The notes beneath the pieces are model-generated. The model worked only from the letters and a program-made list of their open reading frames with translations, was not told the DNA's origin and made no database searches. This document shows positions 1 to 10,827 of a DNA stretch of 64,000 bases, piece after piece. The stretch is from IMG/VR virus record IMGVR_UViG_3300042566_001512, positions 62,001 to 126,000 of that record; one strand, written 5' to 3'. The position numbers were made by a program, and so were the translations under genes. Position 1 is the stretch's first letter. Each line of letters opens with the position of its first letter.

Positions 1-1
1 C

Positions 2-1093
2 GCCGAACCGGTTGCAATGGAAGCACTGCAGCGCGCAGTAAAGCGCTTTGAAAAGCGAACCGGCGTTGCTTGCTCTGTCGGCGCAATGGGCCTGGAATCC
101 TTCTCTTCGAAGGCCAGCCGCATGCAGTCCACAAGCATTGCACTAGAAGGCGCAGTAGAATATATCAAGAAGCTGATCAAGATGCTTACCGAAGCCATGG
201 CGGCTGTCTGGGAAAAGGTCAAGGCTTTCTTTGAAAAGATTATGGTGGGTGCCGAGCGCCTGGCCAAACGCGCAAAACAAGTGGAAGCTGCAGCTAAAGC
301 CGCACAGGGTAAAACCGCTGCGGCAGACGCAAAAGTCACCACTGGATCCGTGCTTGCCTTTGCTCGCAAGGAAAACAAGGTTGTTGAAGGCAAGGCCTTT
401 GCTGACCAGTACGTCAAGCAAACCTCACAGGGTTTTGTATCTAGAAAAGAACTGGCTAAGGAAGTCGATTCCCTAATCAAGGGCGACGATTTCCGCGCCA
501 TCATCACGGCGGCTAAGGTCCCCGATAATACCAAGCAATTGTCGCAGGCTATTTTGGCCGTGGCAAGCGTCGACGGCGGCAAAGAGCAAGAAGGTCTTAT
601 CACCGACAGTATGGCTTCTCCGCTCTTGGGCGATTACGTGGCGACTTTCACTGCGTTTAGCAAGAACGCCACTTGGGAACAGATCTCTGCCGGTTATACC
701 AAGCTCAAGTCTACCCTAAGTATGGCCGAGAACGCCAAGCCCGATCTGGCAAAAGAAGTCTCGCCGCTGTCTCCTGAAGATGCGCGCAAAGTGGCCAGCC
801 ATGCAGCAGGCCACATGATCTCGTATTCGGACATGAGAAAGCAGCAACAAGATCTGGACGCCGGTCTGAAGAAAGTGCTGGCAGAGGCTAAGAAGATTGA
901 AACCGAGAAAGATGCTCCGGTTGATCAGCTGCGGGTCGCTACCGGCGCTCTTCGCTCGGCAGTCAACATGGCTATCCAGGGTATGGTCGCCGACCGCTCT
1001 TACGACGTCAGCCTAACCAAGGCCGCACTGGACTACGCTGCCGCGTCTGTTAAGTTGGCCGGTGGTAAAGGTTCTACCGCCACCGGTAGTTAA
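2..1093 (+). CDS. phiKZ-like internal head protein, 5'-truncated by the window
   Basis: Frame is open from base 2 (AEPVAMEAL...). It has A/S-x-E motifs (AME, GLES, IALEG) followed by the 'EYIKKLIKMLTEAMAAVWEKVKAFF' helix typical of this family, and GC-rich codon usage. Confidence 0.65.
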   Translation, partial: AEPVAMEALQRAVKRFEKRTGVACSVGAMGLESFSSKASRMQSTSIALEGAVEYIKKLIKMLTEAMAAVWEKVKAFFEKIMVGAERLAKRAKQVEAAAKAAQGKTAAADAKVTTGSVLAFARKENKVVEGKAFADQYVKQTSQGFVSRKELAKEVDSLIKGDDFRAIITAAKVPDNTKQLSQAILAVASVDGGKEQEGLITDSMASPLLGDYVATFTAFSKNATWEQISAGYTKLKSTLSMAENAKPDLAKEVSPLSPEDARKVASHAAGHMISYSDMRKQQQDLDAGLKKVLAEAKKIETEKDAPVDQLRVATGALRSAVNMAIQGMVADRSYDVSLTKAALDYAAASVKLAGGKGSTATGS

Positions 1094-1130
1094 GTTGCGG
1101 TAGTCTAATAGATTCGTGTGAATCTTATAT

Positions 1131-1165
1131 AAAAAAGCGGCGGGGTAAAAACCCGCCGCTTTTTT
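1131..1165. terminator. Bidirectional intrinsic terminator
   Basis: AAAAAAGCGGCGGG-GTAAAAA-CCCGCCGCTTTTTT directly after the gene. Confidence 0.85.
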
Positions 1166-1198
1166 GATGTAAACTTTTAAAAACAAAGGAATAGTAAA

Positions 1199-2338
1199 AT
1201 GGCGCGTTTAAATATAGCTATGCTGGGCGAACCATCGAACCAGCAGGAAACGATCGATCCGAATAACGAATCGTTGAAATCCGACCAGGACATGGCTCAG
1301 ATTGAACAGCAGGGTTCTGAAATTCAAGAAATTTCTCAAGTGGTTCAAGAGACAATCGATTCGTCGGAGACTATTTCGGCTATGGCTGACAAAATTGAGC
1401 AATCCGAAACAGTCAGTAAAGACACAATAGCTGTCGCACAAGAGGCCATATCCTATTTTGCCAAGCGCACGGGTTTAAAAATGGCCGGCCTTAGTTCCTC
1501 CATGGAATCATTCTGCCTTACTTCAGATAAACAAATCGTGTTAAACGAGATGCGGCTAGCTTCGGATAACCTCAACGACTGCGTGGCCATAGCTCAAGAA
1601 GGCATTATTGATCGTATAAAAAATCGATTTAGTCTTATATTCACTAGCTCGGATAGGCTGCGTAAAGAGCTAAGAGAAGTGTCTGATCAATACGATAAAA
1701 ACGGCCCTAAACAGGGCGTGATTATCAATCCCGCGTTTGCAAGAAGACTCAATCGTGAAGAAAAAACACTTCTAAAAGAAATAGACGTTATAAATCTGGC
1801 TGGCGAGATCGATAAAAAGGTACACGACCCAAAACTAATCGACGCAATAAATGGATTGACTGCGTCTATAAACGGAGTTAGTCGCGCTCTGAGTAAGTCG
1901 GGCATGGTATTTACAGATAAAGAGTCTATAAAAGAGATAAATGCTGAATACGACGTTATCTCCGGGATATACGAAGAAGTGGCAGCCCAATTCGTTGTAG
2001 GTAGACAAAAGAAAAATACAGACATAGAACCGCTGTCTCCGGCTAATAAAGAAAAGATAGTAAAATTGGTTAATTCTCTCTTAGACATTAAAGAGTACGA
2101 AAGATATGAAGACGGACTAACCGATGCCACCGATAGGCTGTACGATATTATTACCAGAAATAGAAATACAAAAATATCGTCTGTTATTATTAAAATGGAT
2201 TCTGCAGACACCGACAGCGCAGTACATGCCGATCGACAAGCACAGAAAGTATACAATATAATTTCTAATTTAATGGGATTGCGATTTACAATTGCTCACG
2301 CGTGCGTGAAATACATTAAAGCGTCTACCGCTGCTTAA
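1199..2338 (+). CDS. Internal head protein paralogue
   Basis: Acidic N-terminal propeptide-like region, SSMES and AQEG motifs, then 'IIDRIKNRF'; adjacent to its paralogue. Confidence 0.55.
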   Translation: MARLNIAMLGEPSNQQETIDPNNESLKSDQDMAQIEQQGSEIQEISQVVQETIDSSETISAMADKIEQSETVSKDTIAVAQEAISYFAKRTGLKMAGLSSSMESFCLTSDKQIVLNEMRLASDNLNDCVAIAQEGIIDRIKNRFSLIFTSSDRLRKELREVSDQYDKNGPKQGVIINPAFARRLNREEKTLLKEIDVINLAGEIDKKVHDPKLIDAINGLTASINGVSRALSKSGMVFTDKESIKEINAEYDVISGIYEEVAAQFVVGRQKKNTDIEPLSPANKEKIVKLVNSLLDIKEYERYEDGLTDATDRLYDIITRNRNTKISSVIIKMDSADTDSAVHADRQAQKVYNIISNLMGLRFTIAHACVKYIKASTAA

Positions 2339-2349
2339 TAAGCTATCAG

Positions 2350-2381
2350 CATAATTGGAGGAGATCGCTCCTCCAATTATG
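2350..2381. terminator. CATA...TATG intergenic hairpin
   Basis: CATAATTGGAGGAG-ATCG-CTCCTCCAATTATG, a 14-bp stem. Confidence 0.6.
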
Positions 2382-2465
2382 ACGTATCGTATAAATGTCG
2401 AAATTAAAACATCATGTGTCAATAATTCTATTTTTCATAATTAATAAACACGAGGACAATTCTCT

Positions 2466-4109
2466 ATGCCTAATATTAGTTTACCACTAGAGGACCTACA
2501 AGACAGCGTAGAAAGGCCCGTTATCTTTTCAGTAGTTAGAGAATTGCTGGAAATAACTGAAATATCCGACAAAACAAACATTTCTTTTTACGACGACGAA
2601 GGTAAATCTGCACAGGTGGGCTCTCTATTAAACGACACTCCGAATAAAACAAACAAATGGCCATTTGACGAAAGGGTCAGAATAGAGGTACAGGAAGACT
2701 TTGACGAAGATTACGCATACAGAATACACACCAAAAAAGCAGAGCACATACCTGTGTTTAAGGACGAGGAACTGGGTGTAATAATAAGACCTATATATTC
2801 TCCTACTAAAGTAAATATAAATTTTACATACAGAGCCAGAGATAGGAATCAGGCAGTTAACTGGAGAAACAATATACGGGCAAAATCGGCAATGTTTAGA
2901 AATATAAATTTGCACGAAATAAGCTATCACTCTCACCTTCAGGAAGAGTTTATAATAATAGTAAAAGAACTGCACCGACTCAGAGAAAATATTGCAGGGT
3001 ACGGAGAAAGCTTTGATACTTACTTTGCCAGCCATTTAAGCGATAAGGCCAGCGTAAAGACTAACCTAGGTGGCAAATCTGTGTTATGGGGCGTAGACGA
3101 GAGACAGATAAGAGTACAGGGGCTGTTTGATTTTGCTGCTGCGCCAGAGAAGGGGGAGAAGAGCGATTCGGCAGATTCCTGGTCGATTTCCTTTTCTTAC
3201 AAATTTGAGTATCAAAAACCTATACTAATGAACATGGTCTACCCCATAGTGGTGCATAACCAGGTATTAAGCAGTAAATTCAGGCCCACCGAAAAGGTTT
3301 ACAGGTTAGAAGATCAAAATAGATCTTTTAGCATGTCCAACAGAGCATATAACGCTTTTGAGTCGGATACCTCTGTACTAACATACAAAGGAAACGACGG
3401 TATATCTATACCTTCTTTTGATGAGTTTGCACCAAAGACTATACTGCCCAGCACAGTAAACGTCATGACGTGCCTAGTAGTGATCGACACGTCAGAAACT
3501 GGCAATCCTAGAAAGCTAATGAATCTAGGTCAGCTAGGAGAAGTTAACTTAAACGGTACCATTCTTGATTTTATAAAGAGATCAGAATATCCTTTCTTGG
3601 GCAAAGATTTTTATTCCATATTCAGTCTATCTCTGTACCGACATGGGGCTCTTTGCGATACCGGCAGCCTTATGGTGGACGAGAACCTTGACATTTATAG
3701 CAATTTGGATTTAGATCTTAGAAGAACTTATAGAATTCGACTGGGATTAGTTACTAATTTTACTTATCTTAGAAAAGAGGCTCTGGATCGAATACGAGCA
3801 TTCAGTGCTACTGCGCCCAGCCTTGGTGATATATTAATAAACTGCATAGATGGCTGCATAGGAAAATACGCCAACCATCCGGACATCGGAAAGGCGGCAA
3901 TGAGTGACGTGGATAGAAAACTTGTATTGGCCAGCCCTATTGCCCAATACGACAGTAGATCAGACAGTACTTTGCCGGGGTATTTACCTAACCTAAAGCT
4001 GCCTGGCAGGAGTACACCTTCCGGACAAATACCCACCTACTACGGTAGAGGAGCAGTCATGTCTAACGTGCAATCCATGTTCGTTAGAGCTAATAGAAAA
4101 GGACATTGA
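2466..4109 (+). CDS. phiKZ-like virion structural protein
   Basis: 547-aa ORF in the structural block; resembles conserved jumbo-phage virion proteins by recollection only. Confidence 0.5.
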   Translation: MPNISLPLEDLQDSVERPVIFSVVRELLEITEISDKTNISFYDDEGKSAQVGSLLNDTPNKTNKWPFDERVRIEVQEDFDEDYAYRIHTKKAEHIPVFKDEELGVIIRPIYSPTKVNINFTYRARDRNQAVNWRNNIRAKSAMFRNINLHEISYHSHLQEEFIIIVKELHRLRENIAGYGESFDTYFASHLSDKASVKTNLGGKSVLWGVDERQIRVQGLFDFAAAPEKGEKSDSADSWSISFSYKFEYQKPILMNMVYPIVVHNQVLSSKFRPTEKVYRLEDQNRSFSMSNRAYNAFESDTSVLTYKGNDGISIPSFDEFAPKTILPSTVNVMTCLVVIDTSETGNPRKLMNLGQLGEVNLNGTILDFIKRSEYPFLGKDFYSIFSLSLYRHGALCDTGSLMVDENLDIYSNLDLDLRRTYRIRLGLVTNFTYLRKEALDRIRAFSATAPSLGDILINCIDGCIGKYANHPDIGKAAMSDVDRKLVLASPIAQYDSRSDSTLPGYLPNLKLPGRSTPSGQIPTYYGRGAVMSNVQSMFVRANRKGH

Positions 4110-5500
4110 AAATGCCGCTTGTAACAAACGATCAACACAGCCCTAGTGGTATAACAAACGCATCGCCCGTGCCGATAGTGCCTGCGCCTATTGAGACGGT
4201 AAGAGTATCAACCGACGATATAAAAACGCCAGTTGTAGATACAAAATGGATACCGAGAAGCAGCTTGCTTACGCATATCGGCGGAAGTAGCTGGATAGTG
4301 GATTATTACTCTCAAGTACTAGACACGGACTCCAATTTGTCTGGTCAACAATACACTAAAAACCCAGTATATCAGTCATACAAAAAAATAAACAATCTAG
4401 AAATAAAGGTGCAGACGCCCCTTAGCACCGATCAAGACGACGCAAGCAAAGAAATGAACGTGACAGGTTCGGGGACTCTATATCCCTCTGTTATACCGAA
4501 TGAAGGAGATATGTTTGTCGCCGATATAGGTGAGGGTAAGAATGCCGTATTTAGAATTACGTCGACTAGAAAAAACAGTATATTTAAAGAAGCGTGTTAC
4601 GATATCTCCTATGTTCTAGACACTGATAATTTAGACAAACAGACCGATCTAGATCAAAAAACAATAATCACCTATTATTTCCATAAAGACTTTCTATACG
4701 CCGGAAGCAATCCATTGGTTATAAAGACCGATATGGATACACTTGTCAATATTAAGAAAGTATACGACATAATGCTGTATCAATATTTTAAAAGGTTCTA
4801 CAGCAATGAATTTAAGACACTGGTGGTCCCTTCACAACTAAAGCCAACTTACGACACATACCTATCGAAATACATATTGGACATGTTCTCCACCAGCGAG
4901 GCTAACGAGCTGGCATACATGAAGCTTCTGAATTTAGACGAAGACAGAGTAAGTCGGTGCGATAGTTTATGGGACGCCCTAAAATACAAAGACATTTCCT
5001 TACTCAATACTGCATTTAGAAAGATAGGGCTGGTTTCTTCTCTTACATTTAACAGAACCCCGACGTTTAACGGAGTAAGGTACAGCGGCATTGGCGCCGT
5101 GGTTTACCCAAAGGACCCCTACCTCACTGTTGATCACACTTACGTAAACAACGTAAAAGTAGTAGAAGCCGCAGGTCTTCAGCCATCTGCCGATTCCGAG
5201 TCTTCCAGTAACATTTTAGTCAGAGCAATAAACCTTAGAAACCTAAATAGTGATCTAGGCGATTCTCTTTATCCAGTAACAGTGGATGATTATTACGTAC
5301 TTAGTGAAAATTTTTATAACAATACGCAGCAGCAATCTACCCTGGAGACTGCCGTTAATGCTTACCTAAACAATAGTCAAGTTGACATATACCAACTATA
5401 TAACACAGCAAAGACGTTCCACTCGTGGGGTAGTCTAGAGCAGTTTTACTATGTGCCGATAATAATGACACTAATTAAGTCGGTTCTAAAAGGGATTTGA
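4106..5500 (+). CDS. phiKZ-like virion structural protein
   Basis: 464-aa ORF coupled to its neighbours; 'SSLLTHIGGSSWIVDYYSQVL' and 'PNEGDMFVADIG' segments typical of this family. Confidence 0.5.
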   Translation: MKMPLVTNDQHSPSGITNASPVPIVPAPIETVRVSTDDIKTPVVDTKWIPRSSLLTHIGGSSWIVDYYSQVLDTDSNLSGQQYTKNPVYQSYKKINNLEIKVQTPLSTDQDDASKEMNVTGSGTLYPSVIPNEGDMFVADIGEGKNAVFRITSTRKNSIFKEACYDISYVLDTDNLDKQTDLDQKTIITYYFHKDFLYAGSNPLVIKTDMDTLVNIKKVYDIMLYQYFKRFYSNEFKTLVVPSQLKPTYDTYLSKYILDMFSTSEANELAYMKLLNLDEDRVSRCDSLWDALKYKDISLLNTAFRKIGLVSSLTFNRTPTFNGVRYSGIGAVVYPKDPYLTVDHTYVNNVKVVEAAGLQPSADSESSSNILVRAINLRNLNSDLGDSLYPVTVDDYYVLSENFYNNTQQQSTLETAVNAYLNNSQVDIYQLYNTAKTFHSWGSLEQFYYVPIIMTLIKSVLKGI

Positions 5501-5503
5501 AAA

Positions 5504-6073
5504 ATGTACTCCGACGAGCAAGAAAAAGAACATTTACAAATTTTAGATATAATTTTTGATAGAAAATACGAAATTCGCATCAAAAAAATAGACAACGTGA
5601 GTGTGGAGGAAATTGAATTCTACGGAATGTACTCTACTGGCGATAAAGATTACGACGACTCTTTAAATAACGAAATAATAACTCGCTGGATGTCAATAAG
5701 CGAGATGGTGGAGTACTTTAAAAGAGGTAAGCCGTTTAGTATAGCTAACCCGGCTAACACGCAAGAGATATACGACGTAATACATAAATACTTACTTTCA
5801 TGGAAGGCCAGATTAGAAAACTCACTTAACGTGGGTAATGCACCTGTGGACGATTTAATAGCATTAGATGGTCTGGCATCTGCGGTTCACGGCTACGCTT
5901 GCCAGTATATGAAAGTGGAAAGAACGCAGTCTCCTCTACTAAACTTCTTTGACAGTGTGGGTCTTGGAAGAAAAACCGAAGTTATAGAAAGTAAGCCGAA
6001 TGACACCGGTGTAAAAAGACACACGAGCCTGGCAGAGATCTTCTCAGAGGCAGTAATGGGGTACAGGAGGTAA
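5504..6073 (+). CDS. Conserved jumbo-phage hypothetical protein
   Basis: 189-aa ORF tightly packed in the operon. Confidence 0.6.
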   Translation: MYSDEQEKEHLQILDIIFDRKYEIRIKKIDNVSVEEIEFYGMYSTGDKDYDDSLNNEIITRWMSISEMVEYFKRGKPFSIANPANTQEIYDVIHKYLLSWKARLENSLNVGNAPVDDLIALDGLASAVHGYACQYMKVERTQSPLLNFFDSVGLGRKTEVIESKPNDTGVKRHTSLAEIFSEAVMGYRR

Positions 6074-6077
6074 TCGG

Positions 6078-7430
6078 ATGGAAATAGTCTATACGCCCCT
6101 TTACAGGGAGGCTATCAGCATAATAGAAAACGGGGACACTGGCTCAAACATAAGCTGGAGTGCAATAATACACATGCCCGGCATAAATAGGACATACGTC
6201 CCTTTACAAGTTGTAGCTATTAATATACTTAGCGATTTTATAAAAGGTTACACTGATGAACTCACGTGTACCCTGATGATACCTTTAGGTAAATACGCCA
6301 GGTTAATATACCCTAATCGCACTAACCTTGAAATAACTCTTACAAAGACTCCATTAAAAGAGTCTAGCCAAGAAGTTAAATATAATACAGATCTAGAATC
6401 AGAAAGATACTCCGCTATCCTAATAGACGGTGACAAGTCACCAACTGTAGGTCAGGGTAGAGAAACTAACGATGAAGACGCTTTAGATTTAATGGACATG
6501 TTGCCAGTTAGCTTTCAGCTAACAAATAAGTCTATAGAAAAAATAAGAATGATATCAGTGGGTGGCATATTCAGAAACACCACGGTAAAGGACACCATAT
6601 TGGCAATCCTGACAAAGGAATCACAGTCAGTAAAAGTAAATAATAAAAGAGTGCTGGACGGAGTGGATATAGTAGATCCCAAAAATACAGCCAAGCGAGA
6701 CCACATATTACTTCCACAGGGAATTAAGCTATTTGACGTATGTGATTACATACAAAAGAACATAGGCGTCTATAATGCAGCAATAGGAAGCTACATAAGA
6801 GGCAGCACGTGGTATGTATTTCCTCTATATGACAACACTAGATTTAATCAAACTAAATTAACTTTGAGTTTATTAATTTTACCAAAAAATAAATTTCCGC
6901 AGCTAGAGCGGACATATAAGAAAAAAGGAAACAGCCTAACGGTTCTTATAACGTCGGATACGGGGTTTAAAGACGATAGCGGAACACAGTACCTTAATTA
7001 CGGAAACGGATCTAGATTTGCTGACGCTAATAAGTTTATGGAGGGTTTTAGCCAAACCGTAAACAACGCAACTTTGGTTTCTAGAGCTAAAAACAATAAT
7101 GAATTTAAACTAGAAGATAGACCCAATAAAGCAAATTTAATAAACGTTACTGAAAACAAAATAACGGCAAATCCGTTCTACGAGTATAGCAAAATAGTCG
7201 CAAGAAATGGTGGGGTTTTTAAAACAATATGGGAAAACTCCAACCCAAGCTTACTTGTACCAGGAATGGTTACTAGGATATCTTACTTCGACGACGGGCA
7301 GGTAAAAGAGATATTTGCCACTTTACTAGCAGCAGAGCACTCCAGCATGAGAATGGGTGACTTTGGAAGTAGCAGACACGTTGTAAACAGTCTGCTGCAT
7401 TTCTTCGTAAACCAAAAGAAAGAGAGTTAA
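6078..7430 (+). CDS. Putative virion structural protein
   Basis: 450-aa ORF with an AGGAGG RBS, in the structural operon. Confidence 0.5.
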   Translation: MEIVYTPLYREAISIIENGDTGSNISWSAIIHMPGINRTYVPLQVVAINILSDFIKGYTDELTCTLMIPLGKYARLIYPNRTNLEITLTKTPLKESSQEVKYNTDLESERYSAILIDGDKSPTVGQGRETNDEDALDLMDMLPVSFQLTNKSIEKIRMISVGGIFRNTTVKDTILAILTKESQSVKVNNKRVLDGVDIVDPKNTAKRDHILLPQGIKLFDVCDYIQKNIGVYNAAIGSYIRGSTWYVFPLYDNTRFNQTKLTLSLLILPKNKFPQLERTYKKKGNSLTVLITSDTGFKDDSGTQYLNYGNGSRFADANKFMEGFSQTVNNATLVSRAKNNNEFKLEDRPNKANLINVTENKITANPFYEYSKIVARNGGVFKTIWENSNPSLLVPGMVTRISYFDDGQVKEIFATLLAAEHSSMRMGDFGSSRHVVNSLLHFFVNQKKES

Positions 7431-7431
7431 A

Positions 7432-8679
7432 ATGGAAAAAATAGACATTTCGAGTTCTATAACGCAATTCAACGACGCGTGTGACGAAGCCACGTCCGTT
7501 TACATTAAAGGTAAAGAATTACAGCAGATAGTATTAGAGGCCCCTGAGAGCGATATTAACTCAACCTCTATGAATCTACTGAACCAAGCAATAGAAAGCC
7601 TTGTAGAGCGTTCTGGGGTCTGCTACAGTACTCTTGCCATGGAGTCAGCTAGTAGTCGTGCAGAGTTGAAACAAATCTCTGTAGAAGGACTAGGTAACTT
7701 CATTCGTGAGGTATGGGAGAAGATTAAACAAGCCTTTTTTGCATTGGTCAAGAAGATCAAAGAATTCTTCACTGGTAACGAACGAAAAGCTGAAGCTATT
7801 AAGGATGAACTAGATAAAGCTAAGGAAGAATCTAAAGAGATTGAGAAAGAAGCAATCAAGAAAGATGTAGAAGGTAAAGAGCTAGAGGTAGTAATTGAGA
7901 ACCCCAGTCCATTCATTTTACACAAAAGCTACTATAAAAACAATCCTAAAGAAGTCACAGTTAAATTCCATGACCTAGTGGAGAATCTAGCTAACTACTG
8001 CATGAAGTCTCGTGAACACCATTTGATGGAATGGGTACGTGACTTTAAAGAAGACGTGATGAAACTCTTGGATAGTGTCGATCCTAAAGCAGCTAATCCA
8101 GATGTGATCAATGAAGTCTATGCTATCTTAAATAACTACATCTCTGAGAAGAAGTTGACTGGTGAACAAGTAGGCGGTATGCGTAAGTTTAAGAGCCTGG
8201 AGACAGTAGAGGAGTTTGACTCTGACTATGGTAACAAACGATACGTAATGAAGTTTGCTCTCAGTAAGGTCGGTGAGAGTAATGGTGCTGAACAACTGAT
8301 GACTGAACAAGCTATTGCTAAAGCATACAAGACTACTGAAGTAGTTAAGCTGACTGTTACTGGTGTAGAGGTGTTGGATATGAAACACCTGATGAACGCA
8401 CTGAGTGATAACTACACTGAGCTTAGTAACTACATCAAGATCTCTAGAGATATTAATTCGTTGAATATCGCAGTAGTGGATATGATTCGTGAGATTGATG
8501 GTAAGGTCACTGGTGAAATGGACGTTAGTCACGTAGTGACATTGTCCTTGATTAACAAGTGCATCAATGCTGTCAGTAAGTTGTTCACTGTGATGCAGAG
8601 CGATGTGATGTCTGTCATGAAAGAGCATACTGCTCTATACATGCTGTTCAACGATAAGTTCAAAGAACAGCTACTTTGA
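7432..8679 (+). CDS. Internal head protein-like paralogue
   Basis: LAMES and ISVEG motifs followed by 'FIREVWEKIKQAFFALVKKIKEFF'. Confidence 0.55.
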   Translation: MEKIDISSSITQFNDACDEATSVYIKGKELQQIVLEAPESDINSTSMNLLNQAIESLVERSGVCYSTLAMESASSRAELKQISVEGLGNFIREVWEKIKQAFFALVKKIKEFFTGNERKAEAIKDELDKAKEESKEIEKEAIKKDVEGKELEVVIENPSPFILHKSYYKNNPKEVTVKFHDLVENLANYCMKSREHHLMEWVRDFKEDVMKLLDSVDPKAANPDVINEVYAILNNYISEKKLTGEQVGGMRKFKSLETVEEFDSDYGNKRYVMKFALSKVGESNGAEQLMTEQAIAKAYKTTEVVKLTVTGVEVLDMKHLMNALSDNYTELSNYIKISRDINSLNIAVVDMIREIDGKVTGEMDVSHVVTLSLINKCINAVSKLFTVMQSDVMSVMKEHTALYMLFNDKFKEQLL

Positions 8680-8846
8680 GTGTGATTTTACTACCTGGAA
8701 TTAAGGTGATTTTAGGTAGTAAAAACAGTTTATGTAAAAAAATATCAGTTTGGTTTAATGTAAATGACTAAGCAACAGAGCTAGTAACAAGTATATATTA
8801 GACTAAAATCTAGTATATTACCCCGTAGGGTTTATAATCTTTATTT

Positions 8847-8880
8847 ATATTACTACTGGTTACGTAACCAGTAGTAATAT
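8847..8880. repeat. 34-bp perfect palindrome
   Basis: ATATTACTACTGGTTAC|GTAACCAGTAGTAATAT. Confidence 0.9.
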
Positions 8881-9065
8881 CACTTCGTAAATACATTCAG
8901 ACTAAATAAACATACCCAGTAGTATCTCAATACTACTGGGTATTATGCTGTCTATTGAGAAATAAGAAAAATAACCAAAAATAAAAAATTTAGTTTTTAA
9001 TAACTAACACATATGCTTTTTAATATGTATTATTAAAACGTAACCAGTAAAGGAAAAGTTAAAAA

Positions 9066-9755
9066 ATGTTCATCACAGTAGAAGGACCTGACTTTAGTGG
9101 TAAAACTACTCAGGTAGGCGTAATGAAGAATTACTTTGAATCACTAGGAAGACAAGTGGTAGTTTCCAAGGAGCCAGGTGGCACTGATGTAGGTACGAAG
9201 ATTAGAGAAATACTAGTAAAGGAGGACTATGTAAATGATCCTCTTAGCGTATCTACTCAGATTCTTTTGCTATTGGCATCTAGAATACACCACGTCAATA
9301 AAGTAATATTGCCTGCTTTGAGACAGGGAAAGATAGTAATAAGCGACAGATATATAGATTCCACTTACGTCTACCAGGGTCTGGTTTATAAGCACAAAGA
9401 TTTTATTGAAAAGCTACTTGAAATTGACAAATTAAATTATTTAGCAACTAGACCCGATTATACTTTCTTCTACGACATAGATTACGATACTTCAATAAAA
9501 AGAGCTAATGAAAGAGGCATCTCTAATGATCTTGATAGTAAATATGCAAGTTTAAAAGAAAAACCGCTTAATTGCTTTAAAGAACACTTTATTGGATTGG
9601 ATAAAACCTATCCTAGCCGAATAAAAATGATAGATGGCACCGGTGACATAGACACTGTAAAAAAATGCACTACTGCGGCTTGTAGAGAGGCTGATGAGCA
9701 CTATACTTTGTCCGACGATAGTTATCTTCTTAGCATGCTAAAACACGTACTATAA
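9066..9755 (+). CDS. tmk: Thymidylate kinase
   Basis: P-loop EGPDFSGKTTQ, KEPGGT, and DRYIDSTYVYQG. Confidence 0.95.
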   Translation: MFITVEGPDFSGKTTQVGVMKNYFESLGRQVVVSKEPGGTDVGTKIREILVKEDYVNDPLSVSTQILLLLASRIHHVNKVILPALRQGKIVISDRYIDSTYVYQGLVYKHKDFIEKLLEIDKLNYLATRPDYTFFYDIDYDTSIKRANERGISNDLDSKYASLKEKPLNCFKEHFIGLDKTYPSRIKMIDGTGDIDTVKKCTTAACREADEHYTLSDDSYLLSMLKHVL

Positions 9756-9767
9756 AAATACAAACCC

Positions 9768-10664
9768 ATGAACGAAATAGCCTTTATATCTTATTTTGGA
9801 TTAGCGTTTTTAATTGTTTTTGTTTACCTTAAATCAAGGTGGGATAAAAAACAAGAAAACGAAAATAAAAAACTAAAAAATATTCACAGTACTACTTCTG
9901 GCCTGCTGACTCTAAACAAAGATTACTTTGAGGAAGACGGGTTAGTAAAGTTTGACATAGCCTCAATTACTGAGAGTGAAATATTTAATAAAGTAATATT
10001 GAAAAATTTAGATAAAGAATGGGAAGTAGAGCAGAAAAAGCTTTTGCACGACCACGTGATGAACATGCAATACTACGGCATGGCTGATCTATTTAAAATT
10101 TCTGAGCATTTGAGAAAATACAAAGATCAAACTGGACAAACGGTTTTGCTATATAAGTCTATCATAACCGCTTGCGCTGTGGTATACGACTTTATGATAC
10201 CAAAATCATTAATGAACGCTGACTCACTGGCCCTGCTTTATGTAGCTGCATATTTTCGTGCAAATTCTACCACGTGCGTTTATGAAGAGATTCAAAAACA
10301 CATTAAAAGTAACTTAAAAGAAAAACGATTAGATAACGTTGCAAAAGAGCATGCGCAATTAAAAGCTTTGCTGTTGGATATGGATTTTGCAAATGTATTT
10401 TTTCAAGAGATATTTAAACACAAATCTTATTTAGGTTTGGAGTACCTGCATAAAAAATGGATAAATAGTAATCTGGTTTGTAAAGATAACTTAGACCTTT
10501 ACAAAAATGACATTTCTTGTTTTAAAAAATTACTGACGATTTATTTCGGTATATTGCAAATTCATATACCTGCTAGCTACCTGTACATCGACACTTCGGT
10601 TTGCGAGTACTTACTTCAAATAAAAAGATATGATTTAAATAAACCACACATACGCGCAGTATAA
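9768..10664 (+). CDS. Hypothetical protein with N-terminal TM helix
   Basis: 298-aa ORF with a hydrophobic N-terminus followed by a basic stretch. Confidence 0.6.
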   Translation: MNEIAFISYFGLAFLIVFVYLKSRWDKKQENENKKLKNIHSTTSGLLTLNKDYFEEDGLVKFDIASITESEIFNKVILKNLDKEWEVEQKKLLHDHVMNMQYYGMADLFKISEHLRKYKDQTGQTVLLYKSIITACAVVYDFMIPKSLMNADSLALLYVAAYFRANSTTCVYEEIQKHIKSNLKEKRLDNVAKEHAQLKALLLDMDFANVFFQEIFKHKSYLGLEYLHKKWINSNLVCKDNLDLYKNDISCFKKLLTIYFGILQIHIPASYLYIDTSVCEYLLQIKRYDLNKPHIRAV

Positions 10665-10668
10665 ATAA

Positions 10669-10700
10669 ATATAGCCCAAAGGGTACCCTTTGGGCTATAT
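10669..10700. terminator. 32-bp perfect palindrome of the hairpin family
   Basis: ATATAGCCCAAAGGGT|ACCCTTTGGGCTATAT followed by GAC. Confidence 0.65.
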
Positions 10701-10827
10701 GACATATTCTTTTAAATAAAATAACAGATCTTAATTGTTTTTGATTATATATTACTTAATTGCAATAGAGCCAATTATTTTTACATACTGGCTATATTAC
10801 TTTATTAGGTTTTATAGGGTTAACAAA

